The notes beneath the pieces are model-generated. The model was not told the DNA's origin. It made no database searches and worked only from the letters and a program-made list of their open reading frames with translations. Shown in pieces: positions 8,586 through 20,935 of a stretch of DNA of 64,000 nt. Source of the stretch: a virus. Lineage: Duplodnaviria; Heunggongvirae; Uroviricota; Caudoviricetes. Location of the stretch: positions 64,001-128,000 of the IMG/VR virus record IMGVR_UViG_3300045591_000029; one strand, 5' to 3'. How positions within the stretch are numbered: the first letter of the stretch is position 1; each line of letters opens with the position of its first letter. The position numbers were made by a program, and so were the translations under genes.

Positions 8586-10738
8586 CTGGTAGGCGCTCCT
8601 TTCTCAATCCACTTCTTGCCGAAGTCGTGGCAGAACCGCCACTGTCCGGCAACTCCGAACATTTCCTTATTGACTCTCTTAGTCAGGGCAACCGAACGCT
8701 TGAGGTGATTTCCGCGGTCACAGCAGAGGATTTCGCCGGTGGTAATGTCGTATGCGCAATGTCTTCTCGGTAACATAATCTCAAATCCTTTCTCTTGATG
8801 GGTCAAAGGGCTTAGCGCCCCTTGACCGATATAACACAGTGGTCATTCTCATATTCCACACAGGTAACTTCCAGTTTAAGCAACTCAGATCTGTCAAATC
8901 CGCAAGGGTCACCGCCCAATAGGAGCACGCCAGACTTGACGCGATAATGAGCCCCGGTATCACTATCCACGATCTGGATGAAGTTATCTTCTTCCAATTC
9001 AAAAAGACCGACATAGGGCATAAGTGTAAGCAAAGCGAGCAGAGAAATCATCTTTTGTCAACCTCTTTCATTTTGATGTTGTTCCCCTTGGAACAATTAT
9101 AGTATAGCACAGGGCATAGCAGAAGTCAACTGTCAGATTGCACAAAGATTTCGGGATTGATTGTGCAACTTGCCTATACCAAAATTTCGCTTCCAAATTT
9201 GTGCAACTTGCACAAACTCAAAACTCGGCGCGCCGCGGTCGCCAGCGCGCCGCCGACTTAAGGCGAAAATGTCTTTATAAAAAATGCACAAAAATATAGG
9301 GTGGATTTCTCCACCCTATATTTACCAGACCTCTTTCCAGAGTTTGGCAACCTCGTCATCATAGATTGAGTCAGTTCCCATGGTATCGAAGAACACGCAC
9401 AGGTAATCATCTGTTGAGAAGTCCTCGCCATATCCGACTTCGACTGTCCACTCCGCGCCATCCTCAAGCGTAACAAGAGTAAGCGTGTTACCGTCAATAC
9501 TGGTTATGACTGCGGTTGCCAGCCTTGTCTGATCGGTAAGCGGACTTCCGCAAGTCCCCTCTATTGCGGTAGGCTCTTCTGTCTTTTCCTCTTGTTGCGT
9601 CATAAGGACAAAGACATTATACGGACTGTGGTGCGGATTAGGTTCGCAGTTATCCGCTACTATGTCAAGCCATGAGAGGAAAAACCACAACAGGACTGCC
9701 AGACATACGCTGTATAGCGTCACCTTTGCTACTTTACGCATTATCCCGCACCTCTTTCCACAGTTTCTCAAGCTCTGGCGTCATGCACTTGTCGCACATA
9801 CAGCCATTATCACAAGGCCGATTGCCTACCTCATCCTCGTGGCAACCGCAGAAGCGGCTTAGAAATTCATTATAAGTCATAGTAATACTCCCTTCTTTTG
9901 TTTGCGGGTTGGGCGCTCCACGCTCCCGCAGAGCGCCCGTTATGTCTTATTCTGCCCTGTGCATGATTTCGCCAGTGTTATTATCAATGACTACCACGCC
10001 AGAGAAACCTTCCTCTTTACGCCAGTGGCCAGCCACCACATCTGCCTGTTCGCTGATGTACTCAAGTCCGTCTGCCTGCTCAAGCTGGCAAGCGTCCTTG
10101 TCATCGAACACTATGGCAAGCAAGTAGCGATAGGCATGGGTCAGCTCCGGCCACTCCGCAGGCTCTGCGGGTCTTGTGTGCAGAGGACTATTGATGCTCT
10201 GCTTGTTCAGCCATGCCCAATTAGGCATAAGAGCGGCACTCGTGGCGTTAAAAGCGTCACGGTCAAGGATGACGCCATCCTCTACTGCCTTGGCACGCAC
10301 ATTCATGCGCAGGCGCAGCATATCTGCGAACTTGGCGTTATCGAACTGCGGGTTAGTGAAATACTTGACGAACTCCATAATATATACCTCTTTCTTTTGT
10401 TCTAAGGTTAGGACTGCCTGCCTATACAGGCAGTCCTATGGTGGTTGAGTAGCTGTTGCTACTCACTTCACGGTCAGTCTTGCGGTAGTGCTGGCTACCA
10501 CATACTTGTCATAGGTAGCCTTGTCCTCTGCCTTTAGCGCAGAGCTGTTAAAGCGGTTACTGGTGACTTCCTGATAGGTGGCGATACAGCCGCCAGCCTC
10601 TACCTTGTGTTCGCCAGTCGCTACCATTTCCGCCTTTACGGTGTCCTTGAGTTCGTCCAGTTCACGCTTGAGGGCGTCCATGTCGTTCTGCACCTTGCGG
10701 ATACGCTGAAGGGTACGAGCCATTTCTACTTTTGTCAT
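8582..10738 (-). CDS. series of small early genes (8582..8776, 8812..9051, 9322..9741, 9734..9880, 9947..10378, 10463..10738)
   Basis: Consecutive minus-strand ORFs with SD sequences and TAA/TGA stops. 10463..10738 is coiled-coil with an RFNSSALK...YDKY motif; 9734..9880 is Cys-rich. Confidence 0.6.
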
Positions 10739-11363
10739 TTTGATACACTCACTTTCTTTTGATTGACTGTTTTTGTGTTTCCCTCTTGGATTGTCTTTAG
10801 TTTACCACACCTTGTCTTGCTTGTCAAGACTTTTTTTTTATTTTTTTTTCGGTGTGTTTGGCAAGGCGTTTTGTGTGTTTCCCTTGCCTGTGACTACATG
10901 ATAGCACCGCCTTGCTTGCTTGTCAACAACTTTTTGCAAGTTTTTGCGTTTCGTCAATCTGCACAAGTGAGTGCCGATCCTGTTGTGCAGATTGACCAAT
11001 TCCTCTTTACGCGCGCGCGATACATAATAATAGCGACAGACGCTTTAGCTGACTAAAGTAGGGGTGGCTGTTCAACTGTAGTGCTTTAGCGTGGTGAAGT
11101 GCGACAGTACGGGGGCGTGTATTTCGGGAAAAAGCGTGAAAATTTTCACAAACTCGTTCTCCCACGCCCTTAAAATCTCGAAAACCATTTTTGATTTCAG
11201 ATTACGATTCTCTTATATGATAAGGATACGTACCCTCTATCCTCGTGCAACATCTATCGTTCGATATAAACCTCTCCATTCCTATATACCGAAAATTCTT
11301 CTGCCTCTAAGACTCTTGCAAATAGGGCACTATTTGGCTAATAGTTATTTTTAATAATTCTTT

Positions 11364-11588
11364 TCATGGCTGTTCCTCCACAAAATGAAGAATAAGGTCA
11401 TAACCATCCTCGGTTTCCACAATATCATAGCTATGGCCACCATCTAATACATAGCCATCATCTAAAACAATAGTACGATTATACTCGTCAAATCTGTAAC
11501 TAGTATTTTGATAAATAATTCTAGGCCATTTCTCCGTACATCCAGTCAACATCAAAAGAGAAAGAACTAAGATGTTAATACAAATGAA
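11364..11588 (-). CDS. putative lipoprotein
   Basis: Signal-like N-terminus ending in lipobox-like LMLTGC. Confidence 0.5.
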   Translation of the reverse strand, partial: FICINILVLSLLMLTGCTEKWPRIIYQNTSYRFDEYNRTIVLDDGYVLDGGHSYDIVETEDGYDLILHFVEEQP

Positions 11589-12006
11589 AATCTTTCCCAA
11601 TTTCATCAATCTTCTCTGCCTCCATAGGTCTAAATCCTACACACGTCAAAGTCCCCTGCGGGGACTCTGGAATCAACTCAGTTCTGCAAGCATCAACAAT
11701 AGGAAAGTAATCTACACCTTCAATCATGCCTAATTCTTTAGCTTTCTCAATGGCTTTTTCTAATTTTCCTCTATTGCGGGCGCCACATACTACCTTGGTT
11801 ACTCCGTCGTTGATCCAGTTGTCATAAATATCTTCGTCCAGTCTATAATTTACTTGATAAAAACCTTGCGCTTTCTCTGGCCAAGAATCTCTAATCATCT
11901 CAATGAGGAAAGCAGAAGATGCATGAGATACTTGCGCAGCTAACTTGCCAAGTGACATATTCAAATCACGTCTTGCGATAATCAACTGCTTGAAATGCTT
12001 TTCCAT
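11575..12006 (-). CDS. peptidyl-tRNA hydrolase, PTH2 family
   Basis: KQLIIARRDLNMSLGKLAAQVSHAS, KVVC, and IVDACRTEL...GTLTCVGFRP match PTH2 motifs. Confidence 0.85.
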   Translation of the reverse strand: MEKHFKQLIIARRDLNMSLGKLAAQVSHASSAFLIEMIRDSWPEKAQGFYQVNYRLDEDIYDNWINDGVTKVVCGARNRGKLEKAIEKAKELGMIEGVDYFPIVDACRTELIPESPQGTLTCVGFRPMEAEKIDEIGKDFHLY

Positions 12007-12392
12007 TTTATTGCGGCCTCCTTAGAATGAAATGATGTTGGGCAGAACTGGATATTGGTTCTGCCCTATTTTTCAAATATAGTGTGTAAACTTTTATTGT
12101 CAGCATTTTCCAAACTTCTTGCAATATAGATTACATTGCCCATCTGCTCCCATGCAGGGAATAAAATCTTGCACATAATTTGGCTTATACTTTTGAGCGA
12201 TTTCAAATCCATAGATTTCAAAGAGCCTTTTGGCTACATATTGAGATTGTTTATCTCGATAAATAGCCATTTTTTCTTTATACTCTTGACGAGAAATTTT
12301 ATTATGTAACCAATCACCAAGAGGATATCTCATAATTTTCGCTCGTTCAAATTCTGTTTCTAGGTCTAAAATAGTTGCTCCTATATTACCAA

Positions 12393-13178
12393 TTATAATA
12401 CTTTGAGATCTAGACAATTTTTCATCAGCCCCAATCTTGTCAATAGACCAACACCACCTGGAACTGGAGTAGACCAAGCTTCTCCAACGATGTTATTTTC
12501 ATCTTCTACGAAATCTCCAACGATCTTGCCATTAAGTCGACTAATTCCGACATCAACAACAATAGCAGATTCGCATTGTTCTCTATAAATAGACTGCGGT
12601 TGTCCGGTAGCACAGATTACTAGGTCTGCGTTGTGAAGAAGATATTCTTTATCTCCGTAGCTTGTTTTACTATGGCAAATCGAGACTGTCATATCTCTAT
12701 TCAGTAGAGCTTTCGCCATAGGTTTGCCAACAATGTCACTTCTACCAAGAACAACAGCAGTTTTACCTGTATAATTAAAACCGCAATCATCAAGATAATC
12801 AATAATACCTCGAACAGTAGCAGGGAGAACAAGAGCATTCTTAGTCAAACCATCACAGTCAAAGTAAGATGGAATATCTTCAATGTCGAAGTTAAATCTT
12901 TCCGCCGTTGGCATCTGAACAATTACACAATCTGTTTCAAGACCATAGCTTAATAGATAATGTAAATCAAACTTGTCTTTCGGTCTAATAATCTTTATAG
13001 GCCAGCCTACAGATTCAAAATCTTCAATCTTCTTCTTAATATAAATCTGATTGCCGACATCGCCATCTGTGGCATCTACAATCATAAGAGAAGGAGGCTC
13101 ATAACTATGCTCGATGACGGCCAGCCGCAGTTTCTCCTTCTCAGTTTTAAAATATTCTTTAATATTAAGCTGTTCCAT
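12393..13178 (-). CDS. folD: methylenetetrahydrofolate dehydrogenase/cyclohydrolase (FolD-like)
   Basis: VVLGRSDIVGKP, TVSICHSKT, VVDVGI, GDF and TPVPGGVGLLT motifs. Confidence 0.85.
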   Translation of the reverse strand: MEQLNIKEYFKTEKEKLRLAVIEHSYEPPSLMIVDATDGDVGNQIYIKKKIEDFESVGWPIKIIRPKDKFDLHYLLSYGLETDCVIVQMPTAERFNFDIEDIPSYFDCDGLTKNALVLPATVRGIIDYLDDCGFNYTGKTAVVLGRSDIVGKPMAKALLNRDMTVSICHSKTSYGDKEYLLHNADLVICATGQPQSIYREQCESAIVVDVGISRLNGKIVGDFVEDENNIVGEAWSTPVPGGVGLLTRLGLMKNCLDLKVL

Positions 13179-13501
13179 TAATATTCTCCTCTATACCATG
13201 AAATAGATTGATCTGAGTCGATTTGAATTACACAATCATCAAATTGATCTATAACCCAGTCGCATTCTTCCTCTTGTTCAATATCATCGTCATCTTTTCC
13301 ATAGCTATTGATGTATTCACGCTCTTCTTTGTAGATATGAATAACATAGGGTCTTGGACCAGTTAATTGCTCCATATACCAAATAGAGTCAAAATCTTCG
13401 TCCCATATATCTTCAGCAACAGCAACTGTAATGACGGATACGCCATGATAGAACTAAGCTCCTTCGGGCAATCTCTCTGGAGGGATGCTATAAAAATTCA
13501 T
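13178..13501 (-). CDS. hypothetical protein (one in-frame TAG)
   Basis: AAGGAAGG SD and ATG at 13501; TAG at codon 16; continues into track ORF 13178..13375. Confidence 0.6.
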
Positions 13502-13529
13502 ATAATATACCTTCCTTATATTTCTAAAT

Positions 13530-13595
13530 ATATTATAGCAAAATAATTTAATTTGGTCAAACAGATTTGACAAACCAGTTTTTTTTTGTTATTAT
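13530..13595. promoter_or_regulatory. divergent sigmaA promoters separating leftward and rightward blocks
   Basis: Minus: TTGACC-17-TATAAT (~13530-13558). Plus: TTGACA(13567)-17-TATTAT(13590). Confidence 0.75.
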
Positions 13596-13610
13596 ATAAG
13601 CATAAAGGAG

Positions 13611-14663
13611 ATGACAAGTGTGATTAAATTAGATTATACTCTAGAGTCTCCAGAAGAGCGTAAAGCGCTAGTTGAAAAGATAATTGCGGAAACGCCGGAT
13701 ATTAGTCCCGCGTATCTTGAAATTTTAGGTAATTATCTTGTTCTCTGTATGGAAAAGCAAGAGCGAAAAGAACGCAATATACTGACAGATAACCGTATGA
13801 CTACGGTAAACAAGAGAGAATGTTCTTTCGAGGGTCTTGTTAGTTAGTTAGAGAACGGCGAAGATGGTATTTATAATTTAGTTAATGAAAATAAGAATGT
13901 AATTTTTCAACCGAAGATTTCGATTACAGATAAAGATTTAGAGACAATCCCCTGTTTGAAACAACTGCGAGATACTATAAACGCTTGGGAAGCAGCAGCG
14001 AAGCACGCCTCTGGTAAGACTGCTTTTATGATGAAGAAAGCGTTAATTGAGATGCGGAAAGACCAATATATTATTAAGCAGGCTTATTAGAAGCCAATCA
14101 TTCCATGCCGATTAACGAGATCTGCTAGAACATCGCTACCTCTTGATGATAAGAGTTATTTAGATGGTTCTGAAATCGTTGTAGATGGCATTTCATTAAT
14201 GGATACTAAAGTAGTATCTGCTATTTTATGTAATTATTCTAAGCTCAAGGAAGATAGTTGGGATTAGTTTGAGGGAGATACTTGGTATTTAATGCAAGAC
14301 TTTGATAACTTATGTACTAAGGCTCTTGCTGATTATCCTATCTATGATAGAATTGTTGAGTGGAAGATTGATGGTAAACCAAATAGCGAGATTCAAAAAT
14401 TACTTGATGAAGAATTTCATCAAACCTATAGTGTAGAATATATTTCTAGCCTATGGCGCAATAAGATTCCGAAGGTAATCGCAGAATAGGCTAAAGAAGA
14501 TTTCTTAATTTGGGAGTACACCAAGCGTGGATACCCCATGAAAAAATGCTCTAAATGTGGGCAAATTAAGCCAGCGAACAATCTTTTCTTTTCAAAGAAT
14601 AAGACAAGTAAAGATAATTGGTATTCTATTTGTAAGAAATGCCGTAATAAGAAAAGAGGTTGA
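13611..14663 (+). CDS. HTH- and zinc-finger-containing protein (recoded)
   Basis: Track fragments 13611 and 14292 join through TAGs into a 350-aa frame ending TGA; C-terminal CSKC...CKKC. Confidence 0.65.
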
Positions 14664-14668
14664 TTCGT

Positions 14669-15844
14669 ATGGCTGGACAGCATTTTTGCAAGAAGTGCGG
14701 AAAGACTATGAATGATAGTGAATTCTACACTTCTAAGAATGTAGAGAAATATCCACCTGATGGAAAGATGGATATTTGCAAGAAATGTTTAACCATGCAC
14801 GTCGATAACTGGGACCCAGAAACATATAAATGGATTTTACAAGAAATTGATGTGCCTTATATTAAAGAAGAATGGGATGCTTTACTTGAGAAATATGGTA
14901 AAGACCCAAAGAAGGTAACTGGATTAACTATTATTGGCCGTTACCTATCGAAGATGAAGCTAAAGCAATGGAGCCAGTATTCTTGGGCAGATACAGAATC
15001 TCTTGAAGAAGAGCAACGTATGCGCAAGATTAATCAAATGAAAGCGCAAGGTATGACTGGTGAAGAGATTGAGACTGAGCTTGCGACAGACAGAACTCCT
15101 CCTAAGCCCAAAATTTTAACTGAGCCACAAGAAGCTGTAGGTACTCCTGAATATTATGACCCTTCAGAAGCCGATGATGATTTCTCAGATGAACTTACTG
15201 AGGAAGATAAAGTAATGTTGAGACTTAAGTGGGGTCGAGGATACCGCCCAGAGGAATGGGTGCGGTTGGAGCAATTATATAATGATATGATGGCTTCATA
15301 TGATATTCAAGGTGCTGGCATGAAAGATACCCTTATCATGATTTGTAAGACTTCCTTGAAATCTAATTAGCTTCTAGATTGCGGCGATGTCGATGGTGCG
15401 CAGAAGATGATCAAGATGTATGATAGCTTGATGAAGAGCGCTAAACTCACAGCCGCGCAGAATAAAGCTGAATCTGGCGAGTTTGTAGATTCCATTGGCG
15501 AATTAGTTACAATTTGCGAACGCGAAGGATTTATTCCTCGCTATTACACTGATGGACCGATGGATAAGGTAGATAAAGTTTTACAAGACCTTCAACATTA
15601 CACTTACTCTCTTGTTACAGAAGAAATGAATCTCGGTAACATGATTGATGCATCTGTTAGAGCTATTGCTCAAGATAAAGAAAGAGAAGCTAAGATTGAT
15701 GTTGATGGTGGTGATGAAGAAGATAATGAGATTTACGATTATCCAGAAGATAAAGTATTGACTGATGCTGACTATGAAGAATTTGAAGAAATGAAACAAT
15801 AGGAAGCTGAGAAGGATAAGGAATATCTGCGGGAGGTGGAGTAA
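14669..15844 (+). CDS. zinc-finger protein, possible terminase small subunit (recoded)
   Basis: Fragments 14660 and 15407 join via TAG; N-terminal CKKC...CKKC; its TAA abuts the terminase ATG. Confidence 0.55.
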
Positions 15845-17584
15845 ATGGCATTAGCTGATTTATTAAACCTCTCCAATAAAAATAAGAAGATTGGTTTATC
15901 TGAAGAACGCGTGCGGGCAATCATTCCTGCGGCACGTCAATATATTGCTTTTTGGAGAGAATATCCTGATATCTTCGTCGATTTCCTTCAAACTGGCGGA
16001 GATCCTACTCGTAAGAAGGAGCTAAACTTCTTCTTCTATCAAAGAGTATTCTTGCGAGCTGCCATGCGCTACAAGTATGTATACATGGTATTCCCGCGTG
16101 CTTATTCTAAGTCTTTCTTATCTATCATGGTACTAATGTGTAGATGTATTTTGTATCCGAGAAGTAAATTGTTCGTTACTTCTGGTGGTAAGGAACAGGC
16201 TGCTGGCATTGCTAAAGAAAAGGTTTAGGAAATTTGTTAGAAGATTCCTGCGTTTGAAAGAGAGATTGATTGGCGAAGAGGTAAGACTCAAGAAGGTAAA
16301 GACTATTGTAAGTATATCTTTAAGAATGGTTCTTACTTTGATAACGTTGCTGCAAGAGAGAGTTCTCGTGGTAAGCGTCGTCATGGTGGTCTAATTGAGG
16401 AATGTGTTGGTGTTGATGGTACTATTTTGAACGAAGTTCTTATTCCTCTGATGAACATTGACCGTGAGTGTATGGATGGTACTGTTCAAGAGGCAGAAAC
16501 TTTGAATAAGAGTCAAATCTATGTCACCACCGCAGGCTGGAAGAATACTTTCCCATACAATAAGTTGATTCAGCTCTTGATTCGTATGGTTCTTGATCCA
16601 GAGAAAGCGATTGTTATGGGCGGTACTTGGCGTATCCCTGTATTAGTTGGTCTACAAAGTAAAAACTTTGTTCAAGAACTAAAGCAGGATGGTACCTTTA
16701 ATGAGGCTTCTTTTGATCGAGAGTATGAATCTCGTTGGAGTGGTACGGTTGAGGATGCATTCTTCAATGGCGAAGTATTTGACCGTAATCGTAAATTACA
16801 ACAACCAGAATATGAAGCTTCTGGTCGCTCTTCTGATAGAGCTTATTATGTCTTGTCTGTGGACGTTGGACGTAAAAAATGTCAAAGTGTAATTTGCGTT
16901 TTCAAAGTTACACCACAGTCCTAGGGACCTGCAATTAAGTCATTAGTTAATATGTTTACAATGGATGACGAACACTTTGAAGATTAGGCAATTAAAATTA
17001 AAAAGTTATATTATTAGTTTAAGGCTAAGACCGTTGTTATCGACGGTAATGGTTTGGGTGCCGGTCTAATGGACTATATGGTTAAGTCTCAAGTTGACCC
17101 TGAGACAGATGATTTTTTCCCTGATTTTGGCGTATAGAATGATGATGATGGAGAGTATAAGAAGTATAGAACTGATAGAACGGAATATGATGCTATTTAT
17201 GAGATTAAAGCTAATGCGCCAATTAACACCGAAGCTCACAGCAATGCATAGACGCAAATGCGGGCTGGCAAGGTGAAATTCTTAATTGACGAAAGAATTG
17301 CGAAGAACAAGTTGTTAGGAACTAAAAAGGGTCAAGCAATGAAACCAGAAGAGAGAGCGGCATATTTACAACCTTTCACTTATACTTCTATTCTGCGAGA
17401 TGAAATGCTGAATTTGCGCGAGGAAAATGAAGGCGTTAATATTATCTTGAAGCAAGCTAATAAATCTATTACAAAGGATAAATTCTCAGCTTTTGAATAC
17501 GGTCTATATTATATCAAGCAAGAAGAAGATAGTAAGCGCAAGAGAAAGAAAGGTCGCTTCGCTGATTTTATGTTTATTAGTTAA
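15845..17584 (+). CDS. terminase large subunit (recoded)
   Basis: 579 aa through at least 7 TAGs; PRAYSKSF (Walker A-like), RGKRRHGGLIEE (Walker B), YVTTAG coupling motif, LSVDVG and VIDGNGLG nuclease motifs. Confidence 0.9.
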
Positions 17585-17650
17585 GTGGGCATAGTTAAAT
17601 AATAGCCCTATTAGATTTTTTAATAATAGATAGAGGATGTGATTTAATCT

Positions 17651-18007
17651 ATGCGAGCATCAAGAGGAGAAATTAAGATACATGAGATCCTAGAAGCGAA
17701 TGATATTAACTTTAAAGAAGAGTATGAATTCGCGGGATTGAAAGCCCCTAGTGGACGTCCTCTACGATTTGATTTTGCCGTCTTTGATGATGATGGTAAT
17801 CTAGATTTCTTGATTGAGTATCAAGGAAAATAGCATTATCAAGCAGTCAGTAAATTTGGCGGCAATAGAGGATTGTATCAATAGAAATATAATGATAATC
17901 AAAAGAGGAGATTCTGCGCATTGAAAGGTCTTACTTTAATAGAGATTCCATATACGGATGAAAATATATTAACGTATGACTATATAATGCAGAAGGCCGG
18001 GTATTAA
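17651..18007 (+). CDS. PD-(D/E)XK endonuclease-like protein (recoded)
   Basis: LRFDFAV...LIEYQGK[TAG]HY restores the IEYxGxQH motif; TAA stop. Confidence 0.75.
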
Positions 18008-18021
18008 GGAGGTGACAGACC

Positions 18022-19626
18022 TTGCTTAAGCGCAGACAACAAGATATACGAGATAAAGGCTTTAATCTAATGGGCGAAGAAGATATGGCTCCACGTGATT
18101 ATGCTAAAATGCGGGTGGGCATTCGTACTGTGGATAATGCACTCGTAAATCTTGGCACTTACAAGAAGGTCAACCCAAACTACGGCGATAAGGGCTTTGT
18201 TCTCAATGCTATTTACCGACATGATTATAAGACACTAAGAGAGATTTCTGAATATTTCTTTGAGTCTAGTGGTATTTATTACAGATTGTGTAAATACTTA
18301 GCTACTCTTTATAGATATGACTGGTATGTAACTCCTTACTTTACAGATGTATCTAAGGAAAAAGAAAATAAGATTCTTGGTGACTTCTCAAAGGTACTAC
18401 TGTACCTTGATAGATCTGACGTTAAGCGACTATGCGGAAATATTGCTCTCGATATTATGAAAGATGGTGTCTACTATGGCATCTTCGTAGATTTCGGGGA
18501 TAGATTTGGTATCCAAAAACTTCCCGCTTCATATTGTCGTAATCGCTACTACTCTGGAGTTGATCCAATCGTAGAACTGAATCTTTAGTTCTTTGACGCC
18601 TATTTCTCTAATATTCAATAGAGAATGGCAATTCTAAAAACATTCCCCAAGGATGTTTAGCAAGGCTATGTCTTATACAAACAAGGCAAGCTTAAGGGGG
18701 ATTATCCAGGAGACTTAAGTTGCTGGTATCCTCTCGACCCCGCAGTTTCGGTGAAGCTGGGATTGAATGATAGTTGTTTTCCACCTCTTGTTGGAGTTAT
18801 TCCCTCTATCATTGACCTTGACCAAGCTCAAGAGTTAGATAGATAGAAGACAATGCAACAGCTATTAAAAATTATTATCCAGAAATTACCGCTTGATAAG
18901 AATGGTGACTTAATCTTTGACGTAGATGAAGCAAGAGACATCCATAATAACGCGGTCGCGATGCTTAAGCGCGCGGTTGGTGTAGATGTGCTTACTACTT
19001 TTGCTGATATTGAGAAGATTGATACCAAGGATAGTAATTCCAATACTACGACAGATGACCTTGAAAAAGTTGAGCGTACAGTATTTAACAATGCTGGTAT
19101 TTCTCGTAACTTATTCAATGCGGACGGCAATTTAGCTGTAACTAACGCTATCTTAACAGATGAAGCCAGTATTAGAGAACTACCTTTACAGTTTGCTAAT
19201 TTGTTGAATAAGATAGTGGAAAAATTTAATCGCAAGGGTCATTACGAGTTTAGAGTATCCATGCTAGAAACAACGCAATTTAACTATAAAGAACTAGCTA
19301 AGTTGTATAAAGAACACGCGCAAATGGGCTATCCTAAGATGTTGCCACAAATTGCTCTTGGTCATTCTCAATCTAGTATTCTGGCTACTTTAACATTCGA
19401 AAATGAGATTCTACATCTATCTGAGATTATGATTCCGCCCATGATGAGTAGCACAATGAGTGGAAGCGTGGTCAAAAAAGATTAGAATGATTAGAATAAC
19501 TCTTAGAATAAGTAGACAAGTTCAAGCACAACAAAAGTAACGGAACAGAAATAGTCTGGTCGTCCTGAAAAGTCCGACGAGGCAAAGAGCGATAAGACGA
19601 TTGCTAACCGTGAAAGCATGTCATAA
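18022..19626 (+). CDS. portal protein (recoded)
   Basis: 534-aa continuous frame between terminase and protease, ending in a GRPE...KSDKT tail. Confidence 0.75.
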
Positions 19627-19639
19627 GGAGGGATAGAAC

Positions 19640-20920
19640 TTGCATATTAGTATTCCTATTGCTAACACATTGGAATTCATCAATGCGACTGAAATATCTC
19701 CTTTAATCAGCAAGTGTTAGGTGAAGGTCTGCTATGTAGGACAAAATCCCAACAGAAACGGAACTGTTATCACTAAGAAAGTTGCAACAGAGATGGGTAG
19801 AAAACTGCCAGGTTCTCCCGTTGTTGGCTATTTTAATCAAGCAACAAACGATTTTGAAGGACACAACAAAGAGATTTCTCTGCGGGGTGGCGGAAATATC
19901 GAGGTTCTTGACACCACTAAACCATACGGTTTCGTCCCTACGGACGCGAAAGTTTGGTTCCAGAAGTTTGATGACGAAGGCGTTGAGCGTGAGTATCTTG
20001 TAACTGAATGTTACATCTGGACGAGCGCTTACCCTGAATCTCAGCGGCTATTCGAGCATGGCAACAATCAGTCTATGGAACTGAATAAAGAAACTCAAAA
20101 AGGTTTTTGGGCAAAAGATAATAATTCGGGTAGTAGATTTTTCATTTACAATGAAGCATTGATTGAAAAACTTTGTATTCTCGGAGAATCAGTTGAGCCA
20201 TGTTTTGAGGGCGCACAATTCAAGACTGAATTCTCCCTAGAGAACATGGAAGAACTTAGAACTACGATGTTCTCTATGCTAACTGAATTACAGAAAACTT
20301 TGAATAAAGGAGGCTCTCACGAGACTATGGACGAGAATAAAAAGACTCTCGGCAACCCCGAGGATCCTAACTTCGAAGCAAAGAAGCAGCCTGAGGACGA
20401 GAACAAGAAGAAACCAGAAGGCAATCCTGCTCCAGAAGATAACAAGCCAAAGGACGGCGACAATAAGCCTGCCGATAATAACAAGGAAGAGCCTAAGAAG
20501 AAGTACAATCTTGATGAAGTAACTGAGTATACTGAGTTACTTGGTAAGTATGAGACTCTTCAGGGCGAATTTGAGACTCTTAAGCAGGAGAAGAGCGACC
20601 TTGAGACAGAGGTAACTTCTCTCAGAGAGTTCAAGCTAACTGCGGACCGCAAGGAAAAGCAGAGCATGATTGATGGTTTCTATATGCTGAGCGACGACGA
20701 CAAGAAGGATGTCGTTGAGCATATTGATACTTATTCTTTAGATGACATTGAAGCGAAGCTGTCTATTCTCTGCGTTCGCAACAAGGTCAACTTTAACCTT
20801 AATAACAACAATGAATAGGACGATAACCAGCCCAAGGGATTGTTTAATCTTGAAAATCCCGCTGATGATAATGTCCCAGAGTGGATTAAGGCAGTTCGCG
20901 AAACCGCGAAAAAGCTATAA
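19640..20920 (+). CDS. prohead protease/scaffold protein (recoded)
   Basis: TTG start after GGAGGG; SPLISKC[TAG]VKVCY...NRNGT; C-terminal low-complexity and coiled-coil scaffold region; upstream of capsid genes. Confidence 0.7.
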
Positions 20921-20935
20921 GGAGGATTAAATAAT

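Larger units (their letters stand above)
400..10990. repeat. dispersed intergenic cassette-boundary element (TGCACAA-N15/16-TTGTGCA palindrome + GC hairpin + terminator)
   Basis: Palindrome copies at 4128-4159, 5624-5655, 9138-9168 and 10959-10990. AAAACTCGG...CCG hairpins at ~405, ~2326, ~4180, ~5676, ~7443 and ~9226. TGCACAAAAA abuts terminators at ~520, ~4228, ~5729 and ~9283. Confidence 0.8.

Noticed and set aside
13579-13587. T9 tract in the spacer of the main rightward promoter as a phase-variation site
   Set aside because: Spacing is the optimal 17 bp and T-rich spacers are common in this genome; no evidence of length variation.
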